Source: Raphidiopsis brookii D9 (lineage in GTDB: Bacteria; Cyanobacteriota; Cyanobacteriia; Cyanobacteriales; Nostocaceae). Taken from it: a stretch of DNA of 32,000 nt. The stretch is taken from NCBI GenBank assembly GCA_000175855.1, contig ACYB01000036.1:1-32000 (forward strand), written 5' to 3'. Shown here in pieces: positions 7,991 through 17,183 of this stretch. Each line of letters opens with the position of its first letter. Position 1 is the stretch's first letter. The notes under the pieces were generated by a model that saw only the letters and a list, made by a program, of their open reading frames with translations, had not been told where the DNA came from and ran no database searches. The translations under genes were made by a program, and so were the position numbers.

Positions 7991-9679
7991 ATGGCGGATA
8001 ATTTAAAAAGTCAAGTAGTTACTCAAGGAGTACAACGATCACCTAACCGCGCTATGTTGCGAGCTGTTGGCTTCCAAGATGGGGATTTTAACAAGGCTAT
8101 TGTCGGTATTGCTAATGCTTATAGCACTATCACACCTTGTAATATGGGGATTAATCAACTGGCACAAAGGGCGGAGTCGGCTGTTAAAAATGCTGGTGCT
8201 ATGCCTCAAATTTTCGGTACTATTACTATCAGTGATGGCATCTCTATGGGAACGGAAGGTATGAAATACTCTCTGGTCTCCCGGGAGGTAATCGCTGATT
8301 CTATAGAAACTGCCTGTAGCGGGCAAAGCATGGATGGGGTAATAGCTATTGGGGGCTGTGACAAAAATATGCCAGGCGCTATGCTGGCGATCGCTCGCAT
8401 GAATATACCTGCAATTTTTGTCTATGGTGGGACTATTAAACCCGGACACTACAATGGTAAGGATCTAACAATTGTCAGTTCTTTTGAAGCGGTGGGGGAA
8501 TACAGTGCGGGCAAAATTGATGAGCAAGAGCTTTTGGCAGTAGAACGTCGTGCTTGTCCTGGTGCTGGTTCTTGTGGGGGAATGTACACAGCTAATACCA
8601 TGTCTTCAGCATTTGAAGCTATGGGTATGAGTTTACCCTACTCTTCGACTATGGCTGCTGAAGATGAAGAAAAAGCAGATAGTACAGCAGAATCTGCTTC
8701 TGTACTAGTAGAAGCTATTCGCAAACAAATATTACCCAGACAGATTATTACCCGCCAATCTATAGAAAATGCTATTTCCGTAATTATGGCAGTGGGTGGT
8801 TCAACAAATGCAGTATTACATTTTCTAGCTATTGCTCGCGCTGCTGGTGTAGAACTTACCCTAGATGATTTTGAAACCATCCGGGGTCGGGTTCCAGTTT
8901 TATGTGATTTAAAACCCAGTGGTAAATACGTGGCTACAGACCTACACAAAGCTGGTGGTATTCCCCAAGTCATGAAAATGCTTCTGGTTCATGGTCTCCT
9001 CCATGGTGATTGTCTAACTGTGTCAGGACAAACCATAGAGGAAGTTTTAGCACAAATACCTGATGAACCAGATCCCCAGCAAGATGTAATCCGTCCTTGG
9101 CATAACCCCATGTACCCCCAAGGACACCTAGCTATTCTCAAGGGTAATCTGGCTACGGAAGGCGCAGTGGCTAAAATTACAGGGGTAAAAAACCCGGCAA
9201 TTACTGGACCTGCAAGGGTATTTGAATCGGAAGAAGCCTGTTTAGATGCTATTTTATCTGGTAAGATCCAAGCTGGGGATGTGATTATTATCCGTTATGA
9301 AGGACCTAAAGGCGGACCGGGAATGAGGGAAATGCTTGCTCCTACATCAGCGATTATTGGTGCAGGTTTGGGTGATTCTGTGGGTTTAATTACCGATGGT
9401 AGATTTTCTGGTGGTACTTATGGTATGGTAGTTGGTCATGTTGCTCCAGAAGCAGCTGTGGGCGGAAATATTGCCTTGGTGAAAGAGGGTGATAGTATTA
9501 CTATTGATGCTAATACTAGACTATTACAGGTAAATGTGTCCGATGAGGAACTGGCCCAGCGTCGAGCTAGTTGGCAACCTCTTCCTCCCCGTTATAGTAA
9601 AGGTGTATTAGCAAAGTATGCCAAGCTGGTAGCTTCTAGTAGTATTGGTGCGGTTACTGACTTTGACTTGTTTAATTAA
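7991..9679 (+). CDS. ilvD: Dihydroxy-acid dehydratase
   Basis: 562-aa ORF with IlvD hallmarks: [65 protein letters not shown]. Confidence 0.97.
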   Translation: MADNLKSQVVTQGVQRSPNRAMLRAVGFQDGDFNKAIVGIANAYSTITPCNMGINQLAQRAESAVKNAGAMPQIFGTITISDGISMGTEGMKYSLVSREVIADSIETACSGQSMDGVIAIGGCDKNMPGAMLAIARMNIPAIFVYGGTIKPGHYNGKDLTIVSSFEAVGEYSAGKIDEQELLAVERRACPGAGSCGGMYTANTMSSAFEAMGMSLPYSSTMAAEDEEKADSTAESASVLVEAIRKQILPRQIITRQSIENAISVIMAVGGSTNAVLHFLAIARAAGVELTLDDFETIRGRVPVLCDLKPSGKYVATDLHKAGGIPQVMKMLLVHGLLHGDCLTVSGQTIEEVLAQIPDEPDPQQDVIRPWHNPMYPQGHLAILKGNLATEGAVAKITGVKNPAITGPARVFESEEACLDAILSGKIQAGDVIIIRYEGPKGGPGMREMLAPTSAIIGAGLGDSVGLITDGRFSGGTYGMVVGHVAPEAAVGGNIALVKEGDSITIDANTRLLQVNVSDEELAQRRASWQPLPPRYSKGVLAKYAKLVASSSIGAVTDFDLFN

Positions 9680-9824
9680 GTTAGGGTAAGTTAGTTAGGT
9701 TAAAACTGACCTTGCTGGTCTAGCAGGATTTCATCAAAAATGAGAACCAACTGCTCTGACTTGGCAGGGTCAAGCAATCGATGTTAAGATAATACTTGTA
9801 CAAATTAGATCATTAGAGACAATT

Positions 9825-10694
9825 GTGGCAGTAAAACCAGAGTGGTTGCGGGTAAAAGCACCCCAGTGGCAACGTGTAGGTAAGGTCAAAGAAATTTTGC
9901 GGGATTTGTCCCTGAATACGGTTTGCGAGGAGGCCTCCTGTCCCAATATTGGGGAATGCTTCAACGCTGGAACCGCCACATTTTTAATCATGGGTCCTGC
10001 TTGCACCAGAGCTTGTCCTTATTGTGACATTGATTTTGACAAAAAACCTAAATCCTTGGATCCCACTGAACCCTACAGACTAGCAGAAGCTGCGCGCAGA
10101 ATGCAGCTCAACCATCTGGTAATTACTTCCGTAAATAGAGATGATTTACCCGATGGTGGTGCATCCCAGTTTGTCAACTGTATTAATTCTGTACGAGGGG
10201 TATCTCCTAACACTACAATAGAGATTCTAATTCCTGATTTATGCGGAAATTGGCAAGCTCTAGAAAGTCTTCTCCAATCAGTGCCAGAAGTGCTAAATCA
10301 CAACACAGAGACCGTACCAAGACTGTATCGGAGAGTGCGTCCCCAAGGGGATTATCAGCGGACAATGGAATTATTACGACGGTCCCGTCAAATTTCACCC
10401 ACAACCTATACTAAATCTGGTATTATGGTAGGTCTAGGTGAGACAGATGAGGAAGTTCGTCAAGTTATGCAGGATTTGCGAACAGTGGGTTGCGACATTT
10501 TGACTATTGGTCAATATCTCCAACCTAGTCAAAAACATCTCCCAGTCTGTGATTTTATTAACCCTGAACAATTTGCTACCTGGCAAGTTTATGGTGAGCA
10601 ACTGGGGTTTCTACAAGTTGTTTCTTCCCCTCTGACCAGAAGCTCCTATCATGCAGAACAGGTCAGAGAGTTGAGGACGCTTTTTCCAAGATAA
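9825..10694 (+). CDS. lipA: Lipoyl synthase (radical SAM)
   Basis: 289-aa ORF with a GTG start. It has [10 protein letters not shown], the auxiliary cluster motif [12 protein letters not shown] and the radical-SAM motif [10 protein letters not shown]. Confidence 0.95.
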   Translation: MAVKPEWLRVKAPQWQRVGKVKEILRDLSLNTVCEEASCPNIGECFNAGTATFLIMGPACTRACPYCDIDFDKKPKSLDPTEPYRLAEAARRMQLNHLVITSVNRDDLPDGGASQFVNCINSVRGVSPNTTIEILIPDLCGNWQALESLLQSVPEVLNHNTETVPRLYRRVRPQGDYQRTMELLRRSRQISPTTYTKSGIMVGLGETDEEVRQVMQDLRTVGCDILTIGQYLQPSQKHLPVCDFINPEQFATWQVYGEQLGFLQVVSSPLTRSSYHAEQVRELRTLFPR

Positions 10695-10797
10695 TCTATG
10701 CTAGTTATAGCTTTTACAACAGTTAACCTCAATTAAAACCTGTGCAAACTCTCCCAATTAGAATTATTTAGTTATCAGTTAAGTGCCTAACTCACCA

Positions 10798-11737
10798 ATG
10801 ACCAATAGAAAAAAAATTTAAATCTATCCTTATTTTAGGTGCGGGTGCTTGGGGAAAAACTCTGGCAAAATTAGCTGGTGTGAATGGCAATCAAGTGACT
10901 GTGTGGTCGCGTCATGGATCCCAGCATTTAGGTGATCTTATCAATAATGTTGATCTGGTATTATGTGCTGTTTCTATGAAGGGTGTTCGTGAAGTGGCTT
11001 CACTGGTTAGGTCCTTTCCTGTTTCTCCCCATACGATATTTGTCACAGCTACTAAAGGTCTAGATCCAGAAACCACTTGTACACCCTCCCAAATTTGGCA
11101 AAGAGAATTTCCTGATCATTCTATAGTCGTACTCTCAGGGCCTAATTTATCCCAAGAAATTGCCCAAGAATTGCCTGCTGCTACTGTGGTAGCTAGCAAA
11201 AACAATATGGCAGCTCAAGTCGTGCAACAAGTCTTTTCATCTAGTCGATTTCGTGTGTATACTAACCCTGACCCGGTAGGTGTGGAACTAGGTGGAACGC
11301 TCAAAAACGTCATAGCGATTGCAGCTGGAATCTGTGACGGACTGCATCTAGGAACTAACGCTAAAGCAGCCTTAGTAACTCGTGGCTTAGCAGAAATAAT
11401 TCGCATTGGAGCAATTTTTGGTGCGAAAACGGAAACTTTTTATGGTTTATCCGGTCTAGGGGACTTGTTAGCAACTTGTAATAGCCCTCTAAGTCGTAAT
11501 TACCAGGTTGGTTATCAATTGGCCTGTGGAAAAACACTGGTGCAAATTCTTGCCAATCTACCTGGAACAGCGGAAGGGGTGAATACATGCTACGTCTTGA
11601 TGCATCTATCCCGACAACAAAGTATTCCCATGCCTATTACCCAACAAGTTTATCGTTTGCTAGAAAGTCTAATCACCCCTCAACAAGCATTAGAAGAACT
11701 GATGTTAAGAGGTATGAAGTCCGAGTATCACGAATAG
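10798..11737 (+). pseudogene. gpsA: NAD(P)H-dependent glycerol-3-phosphate dehydrogenase. The extreme 5' end is frameshifted in an A8 tract.
   Basis: ORF 10880..11737 carries the GpsA body (LSGPNLSQEIA, GTLKNVIAIAAG, GLGDLLATCNSPLSRNY). The Rossmann loop ILILGAGAWGKTLA lies upstream in the same frame (from 10802) but has no start codon. ATG at 10798 reads MTNRKKI-stop. Deleting one A from A8 (10809..10816) gives MTNRKKFKSILILGAGAWG... Confidence 0.85.
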
Positions 11738-12241
11738 GGTTTTTACCCCCCACCCCAAAACAAATCAAACAAGTTAAAGTGAACCCTAGACTCTCTGTCA
11801 GATCACCCTTAACCATTCCCTGGAAGAAATTGTTAAATTGTCAGGAAAAGACTTTTCCGATCATGTAAATGTAACTACGTAGTTTATCAACGGCAAAATC
11901 ACTGGAAATATCCTCCCGCTAAGTTAATAAAACCACTTAGCCAGATTCCCAGAACCTGCTTGCTGAAGATAACTTATCTCAAATTGCATCCCTTAAAAGC
12001 AACTAAAGTATAATTTGTTACTGTTTACCACAGTTTTGTTCAACCATAAGATTAGGAAGAGTTGAGACCTGACAGTGAGGAGTAATGATTTTGGGTAATC
12101 AAAAATTTTGGGTAGTGAAAGGGTCTTCATCTTTCTGTTTGCCATCATGGCCAATTCCCAACAGATGACTTCTGGATTAGTACAACTCATAGACCGTAAT
12201 TTTAGCTGACCCTCATTGTTACCTGGAGCAATAAAAAAGTT

Positions 12242-13531
12242 ATGTTAGCCATATCGCTAGATACAGAAGTGGAATACAATCCCCAACAGTCTGATCTGAC
12301 ATTACCTGAGTTAGACCTTAGTGATGTAAGTACTGATGGGGGAGATCTATCAGAGGAGCTGTCCTTAGATGATCTACAAGACATAGAACAGGAAGAAGAT
12401 GTGGAAATAGCTGCTGTTGAACCTCAAAACCTAGTAGCGAACTACGGTCGCAGCACTGACCTAGTAAGAGTGTATCTACAGGAAATTGGCAAGGTCAGAT
12501 TATTAGGAAGAGACGAAGAGGTTGGAGAGGCCCAAAAAGTGCAGCGACATCTGAAGATCAGATTATTGCTAGCCAATGCAGCTAAACAGGGTGATGCTCT
12601 AATCGTTCTCTATCTACAATTAATTGAAGTACAAGAGCGTTTAGTCTCTGAATTAGGACATCGTCCTTCCTTAGAAAGGTGGGCCAGTACCGCTGGGATC
12701 AAATTAATGGATCTCAAACCTACATTATCGGAAGGAAAAAGGCGCTGGGGAGAAATTGCCCAGTTGACAGTGGAAGAATTAGACGAGATTCAGTCCCAGG
12801 GAATACAGGCCAAGGAACACATGATTAAGGCGAATTTGCGCCTGGTAGTATCCGTCGCCAAAAAGTATCAGAATCGTGGTTTAGAACTATTGGACTTAGT
12901 GCAAGAAGGAACTTTGGGTCTGGAGAGAGCAGTGGAAAAATTTGATCCCACTAAGGGTTATCGTTTTAGCACATACGCCTACTGGTGGATCCGCCAAGGG
13001 ATTACAAGAGCAATTGCCACATCTAGTCGCACTATTCGTCTTCCTGTTCACATTACAGAAAAACTCAATAAAATCAAAAAAGCACAGCGCAAGATAGCAC
13101 AGGAAAAGGGAAGAACACCGACTTTAGAAGATTTGGCCCTAGAACTGGACATGACCCCTAACCAAGTTCGGGAAGTATTGTTGCGCGTTCCTCGTTCTGT
13201 CTCCCTAGAAACCAAGGTCGGTAAGGATAAAGACACGGAATTAGGAGAACTCCTGGAAACAGACACTATTACTCCAGAAGAAACTTTGATGCGAGAGTCT
13301 TTACAAAAAGATATACACCATTTGCTATCAGACCTAACCACAAGAGAACGGGAAGTAATTTTGATGAGATTTGGTTTAGCTGATGGGCACAGTTACTCTC
13401 TAGCTGAAATAGGGCGCGCTCTGGAACTTTCCCGCGAAAGGGTCAGACAAATTGAATCCAAAGCTTTGCAGAAGCTCCGTCAACCTAAACGGCGCAATTT
13501 AGTTCGTGATTATTTAGAATCTCTGAGTTAG
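12242..13531 (+). CDS. RNA polymerase sigma-70 family factor, cyanobacterial group 2 type (possibly SigC-like)
   Basis: 429-aa ORF with an acidic N-terminus. It has region 1.2 DLVRVYLQEIG, region 2 NLRLVVSVAKKY...LIQEG-type LVQEGTLGLERAVEKFDPTKGYRFSTYAYWWIRQGITRAI, and region 4.2 SRERVRQIESKALQKLR. Confidence 0.9.
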   Translation: MLAISLDTEVEYNPQQSDLTLPELDLSDVSTDGGDLSEELSLDDLQDIEQEEDVEIAAVEPQNLVANYGRSTDLVRVYLQEIGKVRLLGRDEEVGEAQKVQRHLKIRLLLANAAKQGDALIVLYLQLIEVQERLVSELGHRPSLERWASTAGIKLMDLKPTLSEGKRRWGEIAQLTVEELDEIQSQGIQAKEHMIKANLRLVVSVAKKYQNRGLELLDLVQEGTLGLERAVEKFDPTKGYRFSTYAYWWIRQGITRAIATSSRTIRLPVHITEKLNKIKKAQRKIAQEKGRTPTLEDLALELDMTPNQVREVLLRVPRSVSLETKVGKDKDTELGELLETDTITPEETLMRESLQKDIHHLLSDLTTREREVILMRFGLADGHSYSLAEIGRALELSRERVRQIESKALQKLRQPKRRNLVRDYLESLS

Positions 13532-13596
13532 ACTAGGATTAAGGTTCCCAAACCACCTGGGTAAGGGAGCTTTAATTCTTGGTTTTTTGTCCTCAT

Positions 13597-14052
13597 CTAA
13601 AGTGGCATTAATGCTCGCTGACACCGAGGACAAACAGCATGGATAGTTAACTGACAGTCTAGCAATTGATACCCTTCTTTCTGTGCTGTTTTTGTGCCTA
13701 TTTTCAAAATAGATTCGTTTTTGAACTCAATTGTAGCATTACATTTCACACAGATTAGGTGATGGTGATGATGGGGATAGGGCTGATTTAATTCATAGTG
13801 CTTATGTCCCTCACCTAGCTCTAATTCCCGCAGAATTCCCAGTCTAGCCATCAACTTGAGTGTCCTGTAGACCGTGGATAGACTTATGCTTTCACCTCCA
13901 TTTTCTAGGCGATGATGAAGATCCTCTGCGCTTAAATGTTCACCTTGGGGCAATTCTTGAAAAATATGTAGAATTGTTTCCCTTTGAGGAGTCAAACGCC
14001 AGCCTCGATCGTTTAGTTCTGCCTTAAGCGAACCAGTTGTATAGACAGTCAT
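13597..14052 (-). CDS. fur: Fur family transcriptional regulator (FurA-like)
   Basis: The ORF track starts at a TTG (14070), but the ATG at 14052 gives MTVYTTGSLKAELNDRGWRLTPQRETIL..., 151 aa. It has a winged helix, the HHHHH metal site and two CxxC pairs (CVKC, CPRC). Confidence 0.9.
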   Translation of the reverse strand: MTVYTTGSLKAELNDRGWRLTPQRETILHIFQELPQGEHLSAEDLHHRLENGGESISLSTVYRTLKLMARLGILRELELGEGHKHYELNQPYPHHHHHLICVKCNATIEFKNESILKIGTKTAQKEGYQLLDCQLTIHAVCPRCQRALMPL

Positions 14053-14131
14053 ACCAAATTTTTTCAACAAAGCCTGCTAATTGAGAATATAACAAATCTG
14101 GGAACTAATTTGCAATAGCCAAGTCTTATTG

Positions 14132-14145
14132 ACAATAATTATTGT
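14132..14145 (-). promoter_or_regulatory. Perfect 14-bp AT-rich palindrome, candidate Fur box / fur autoregulatory operator
   Basis: ACAATAATTATTGT is its own reverse complement. It lies 80 bp upstream of the fur ATG and 28 bp downstream of the stop of the upstream co-directional R-M gene. It resembles the AT-rich inverted-repeat logic of Fur boxes (GATAATGATAATCATTATC class). Confidence 0.35.
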
Positions 14146-14172
14146 TTATCAGAAAATGTAAAACATTCAAGT

Positions 14173-17034
14173 TCAATCTACCATTTTCACACAGTCATTT
14201 GTAATAAACTCACTAGCATCAGGTACACAGGGAGGTAAACCGGGAGCTATTACAGGTAGATTCTGTGCTTCTCTATCTGCAACTGTAAAATTTAACTCCA
14301 ACAAGAACTTTAATACATCTTCTGTTTTTTCCATACCATAAGTCTCACGAACTGCTTTATCAAGTTCTTCATGTGCTATGCGAAGACGATTTTTTCCTGG
14401 TATTTCTAGGGTGCGATATAGTTCGCGTAAACTCCATTTATTTTCTGTCATAATTTGTTGTCTTAACTCTCGTAATTTAACTGCTGCTGTAGCTACTTTC
14501 TTCACCTGTGATAATTTGGGATTTTGAGGAAAAGGAAAAGAATCAAAAACGGTATTAGAAGTATATCTAAAACCTCCAGCTAAAGTTGAACATCTTTCAT
14601 TAAACCATTGCCAATGAATATCAGATTGTAAAATTCCAAAAGAATAATCATCTGATAATGGAAATACTTGCAGAGCATCATTAGGATGTATAGAAGAACT
14701 AACAAACTCAAAAATTGAACGTTTAGTTACTCTTGCACAAGCAACATATCTCGGAATGAGAGAAATTTTCTCCAACATTTCCGTCCTTCCTCTCCAAAAT
14801 TTCCACCAATGACGAAAGTGTGATTGACGTGGACCATTATCTTTACCAGTTTGTTTCCTCTCGTCGTTAGCATTTTTTTCTATGGTTGGAAAAACATTTT
14901 TTTGAATATGTTCAAATGCTAGACGATGTTTCATAGCTGAAACAGAATCTTGACAATGATTCAGATCGATACAGTAGCGAGAAGTAAGACTTTTATAATT
15001 CCCCAATAGACTATTACCTATTAAGTAAGGATGAATTACAGATTCAGAAGATTCATCTTTAGCAATTATTTTTGCTTGTTGTAGAGTGAGTAGAAATCCT
15101 TCATTTCCATGAGTTTGTCCTTGATAACAAGCACCTAAGTTTATATTAACTAAAAGTTTTTTTGCTTGAGTAACATCAACTTTTGCAGATAAAGAAGAGT
15201 TGATTTGATCAAGTTCTACAACTTCCCAAGGACTATCTACATTATCTCCCATTTGAGTATATAATTTCTTTTGACCTGATTCTTCACCTTTGATCCAATT
15301 AACAATGGAAACATGAACTGCTGCACTACCTGACCAAACTTGAGTAGAAACTGCTTCAGTAATTGTTCCACCATTATTGACTATATAATCTAAACCCCCT
15401 TCACGGGAGTAGTTTTGACGGATGGTATTTGTACCAAACAGTCCAGCGCGTCCACCTTTGCTTAATTCATCATGAGTACGACGAAACCAGTAAACACAAT
15501 AATCTGCTCTTCCTGGTACTTCTTTATATCTTTCTCTTACTTGACTAACATAATCTTCTCCATATTCCTGCTGCATTTTGTTTTTTGATTGATAGGGTGG
15601 GTTGCCAATAATTGCGTCTGCTTTCACCCAGTCACAAAATAAAGCATCATCACAGCGAATATTTTGATCTAAATTATCCAAAGGAAGAGCTTGATCTAGT
15701 TCTAATGGTAAACTCATTTGTGCTACATTAATTAACTTATTTTCTTCATCTAATGCTAATTTTTTAGCAATCATTAATGTTACTTTTGCTAGTTCTACTG
15801 CAAATGGTTTAATATCTATACCATAAAATTGATTTGTTTTTACTAAAGAGAGTGTCCCAATATTAGATATAGATCGCAGACTGAAATTTTCATGAATTTT
15901 GTTTAATAAATTGGCTTCTAATCTCTTGATTTCTCTATAGGCAACATAAAGAAAATTCCCGCTTCCACAGGCTGGATCAAGAACTTTGAAATTAATTAAT
16001 TCTTGTCTGAGTGCCAGTAACTCATTCAGCTTTGTAGCTGCATCAATTCGTTGTTGCCAAGGTCTAAGAATAGTTGGTAAAACTACTTTTTGAATGTCTG
16101 CGGGATTGGTATAGTGTGCGCCTAAAGCATGACGTTCCTCTTTGCCCATGCTAGATTCAAATAATGTCCCAAAAATAGCAGGTTCTACTTTTGACCATTT
16201 TTCTGATGCTGCTGATGCTAATAAATCAAGTTCGCCTCTTGTCAGTGAAATTGGTTCAACTTTAGAGAATAAACCAGCATTAAAATAAGGTACATCTCGA
16301 TAACGACTATCTTGGGGTACTGGGCGATTACTTCCCATCTGATTAAAAAGTCCACCAATTAAATCATAAGAACTGATCTTATTAGAACGACAATCATCTA
16401 AAAATTCAGCAAATAAACCTCTAGGTAACAAATCAATATCTTCTGCAAATAAGGCAACAACACACTGAAGAATAAATTTTTGGGCAATTTCTTTTTTTTC
16501 TCTTCTTTCAACTAAGCGATTAAAAACTTGGGCAACGTTATCTGCTGCTTTGCGTGTAACATCCACTAAATTGTTATTAAATAGCGAGTTACGATTTTCA
16601 GGAAACAGGAAGTTTAAGACAGTATAGCGATTCGGTAAATCCTCCAATGTTACTTTATCTAATGGTTCTCGCAGTTGTATATCAAAGTCATAAATCCAAA
16701 ATTCATCAAAGTTACAAAGAATTACATATTTTGGACGATGGGGAACTAATTCTAGCCAATATTCAAAGGCTTGCTGGTAGTGTTTTTCTAGCTTTTCACC
16801 CCGTTTCTTCATTTCCAGCAGTAACCGAGGTCTCCATAGTAAATCAGCAAATTTTGTAGATTTTCCTTTGGCTTTTATCCTCGATTCTAGTTCTGCTCCC
16901 GTCTCTTTATAACCTTGATGGTTGAACGCTTGAAAAAGGCGATCGCAAAATACCTGTGCTTCATCTCTTTCATCACCTTTCAATTGGCGGACATATTCAA
17001 CAAAACTGATAATTTTATTGCGTGTATCTTCCAT
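14173..17034 (-). CDS. MmeI-family Type IIL (IIG) single-chain restriction endonuclease / N6-adenine DNA methyltransferase
   Basis: 953-aa ORF. It has an N-terminal PD-(D/E)xK-like motif FADLLWRPRLLLEMKKRG (D...ExK), SAM motif I VLDPACGSGNFL and catalytic motif IV IIGNPPYQ, followed by a long C-terminal region of TRD-like size. No separate M or S gene is adjacent. Confidence 0.85.
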   Translation of the reverse strand: MEDTRNKIISFVEYVRQLKGDERDEAQVFCDRLFQAFNHQGYKETGAELESRIKAKGKSTKFADLLWRPRLLLEMKKRGEKLEKHYQQAFEYWLELVPHRPKYVILCNFDEFWIYDFDIQLREPLDKVTLEDLPNRYTVLNFLFPENRNSLFNNNLVDVTRKAADNVAQVFNRLVERREKKEIAQKFILQCVVALFAEDIDLLPRGLFAEFLDDCRSNKISSYDLIGGLFNQMGSNRPVPQDSRYRDVPYFNAGLFSKVEPISLTRGELDLLASAASEKWSKVEPAIFGTLFESSMGKEERHALGAHYTNPADIQKVVLPTILRPWQQRIDAATKLNELLALRQELINFKVLDPACGSGNFLYVAYREIKRLEANLLNKIHENFSLRSISNIGTLSLVKTNQFYGIDIKPFAVELAKVTLMIAKKLALDEENKLINVAQMSLPLELDQALPLDNLDQNIRCDDALFCDWVKADAIIGNPPYQSKNKMQQEYGEDYVSQVRERYKEVPGRADYCVYWFRRTHDELSKGGRAGLFGTNTIRQNYSREGGLDYIVNNGGTITEAVSTQVWSGSAAVHVSIVNWIKGEESGQKKLYTQMGDNVDSPWEVVELDQINSSLSAKVDVTQAKKLLVNINLGACYQGQTHGNEGFLLTLQQAKIIAKDESSESVIHPYLIGNSLLGNYKSLTSRYCIDLNHCQDSVSAMKHRLAFEHIQKNVFPTIEKNANDERKQTGKDNGPRQSHFRHWWKFWRGRTEMLEKISLIPRYVACARVTKRSIFEFVSSSIHPNDALQVFPLSDDYSFGILQSDIHWQWFNERCSTLAGGFRYTSNTVFDSFPFPQNPKLSQVKKVATAAVKLRELRQQIMTENKWSLRELYRTLEIPGKNRLRIAHEELDKAVRETYGMEKTEDVLKFLLELNFTVADREAQNLPVIAPGLPPCVPDASEFITNDCVKMVD

Positions 17035-17183
17035 TGGACTGTTAAAATATTAATTAATACAAATGTACCATAACATATTATACACCCTAATTATATCCAA
17101 CTGGAGTTTAGACTAAAGAAAAGGGCGATCGCTAAATAGTTAGTAAATCGACAGACAGAAAAAATTATGTCAAGATCCCATAT

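Noticed and set aside
8039-8973. ORFs inside ilvD: minus-strand 8039..8449, 8206..8400 and 8638..8973, and the plus-strand alternate-frame ORF 8067..8264.
   Set aside because: They are antisense or alternate-frame shadows of a highly conserved gene, with no independent coding signal. The same reasoning applies to the short ORFs nested in lipA, gpsA, the sigma factor gene, the R-M gene, cobN, the kinase gene, rplI, dnaB and mnmG.
9680-9824. Imperfect hairpin CCTTGCTGG-TCT-AGCAGG after ilvD as a terminator.
   Set aside because: The stem is short and bulged and is not followed by a T-tract. It is too weak to annotate.
11865-11878. Perfect NtcA-type palindrome GTA-N8-TAC (GTAAATGTAACTAC), about 365 bp upstream of the sigma factor gene.
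   Set aside because: This 6-base-defined motif is expected several times by chance in 32 kb of AT-rich DNA. The nearest TAN3T -10 candidate (11909..11914) is 30 nt away instead of the usual ~22 nt. There is not enough support to call a regulatory site.
11587-12384. Short ORFs in and around the 504-bp gpsA-sigma spacer (11587..11868 plus strand, 11993..12190 and 12202..12384 minus strand), and the possibility of an sRNA there.
   Set aside because: The first overlaps the gpsA 3' end out of frame and the third overlaps the sigma factor gene. None has recognisable motifs. I could not identify a promoter-plus-terminator pair that would support an sRNA call.
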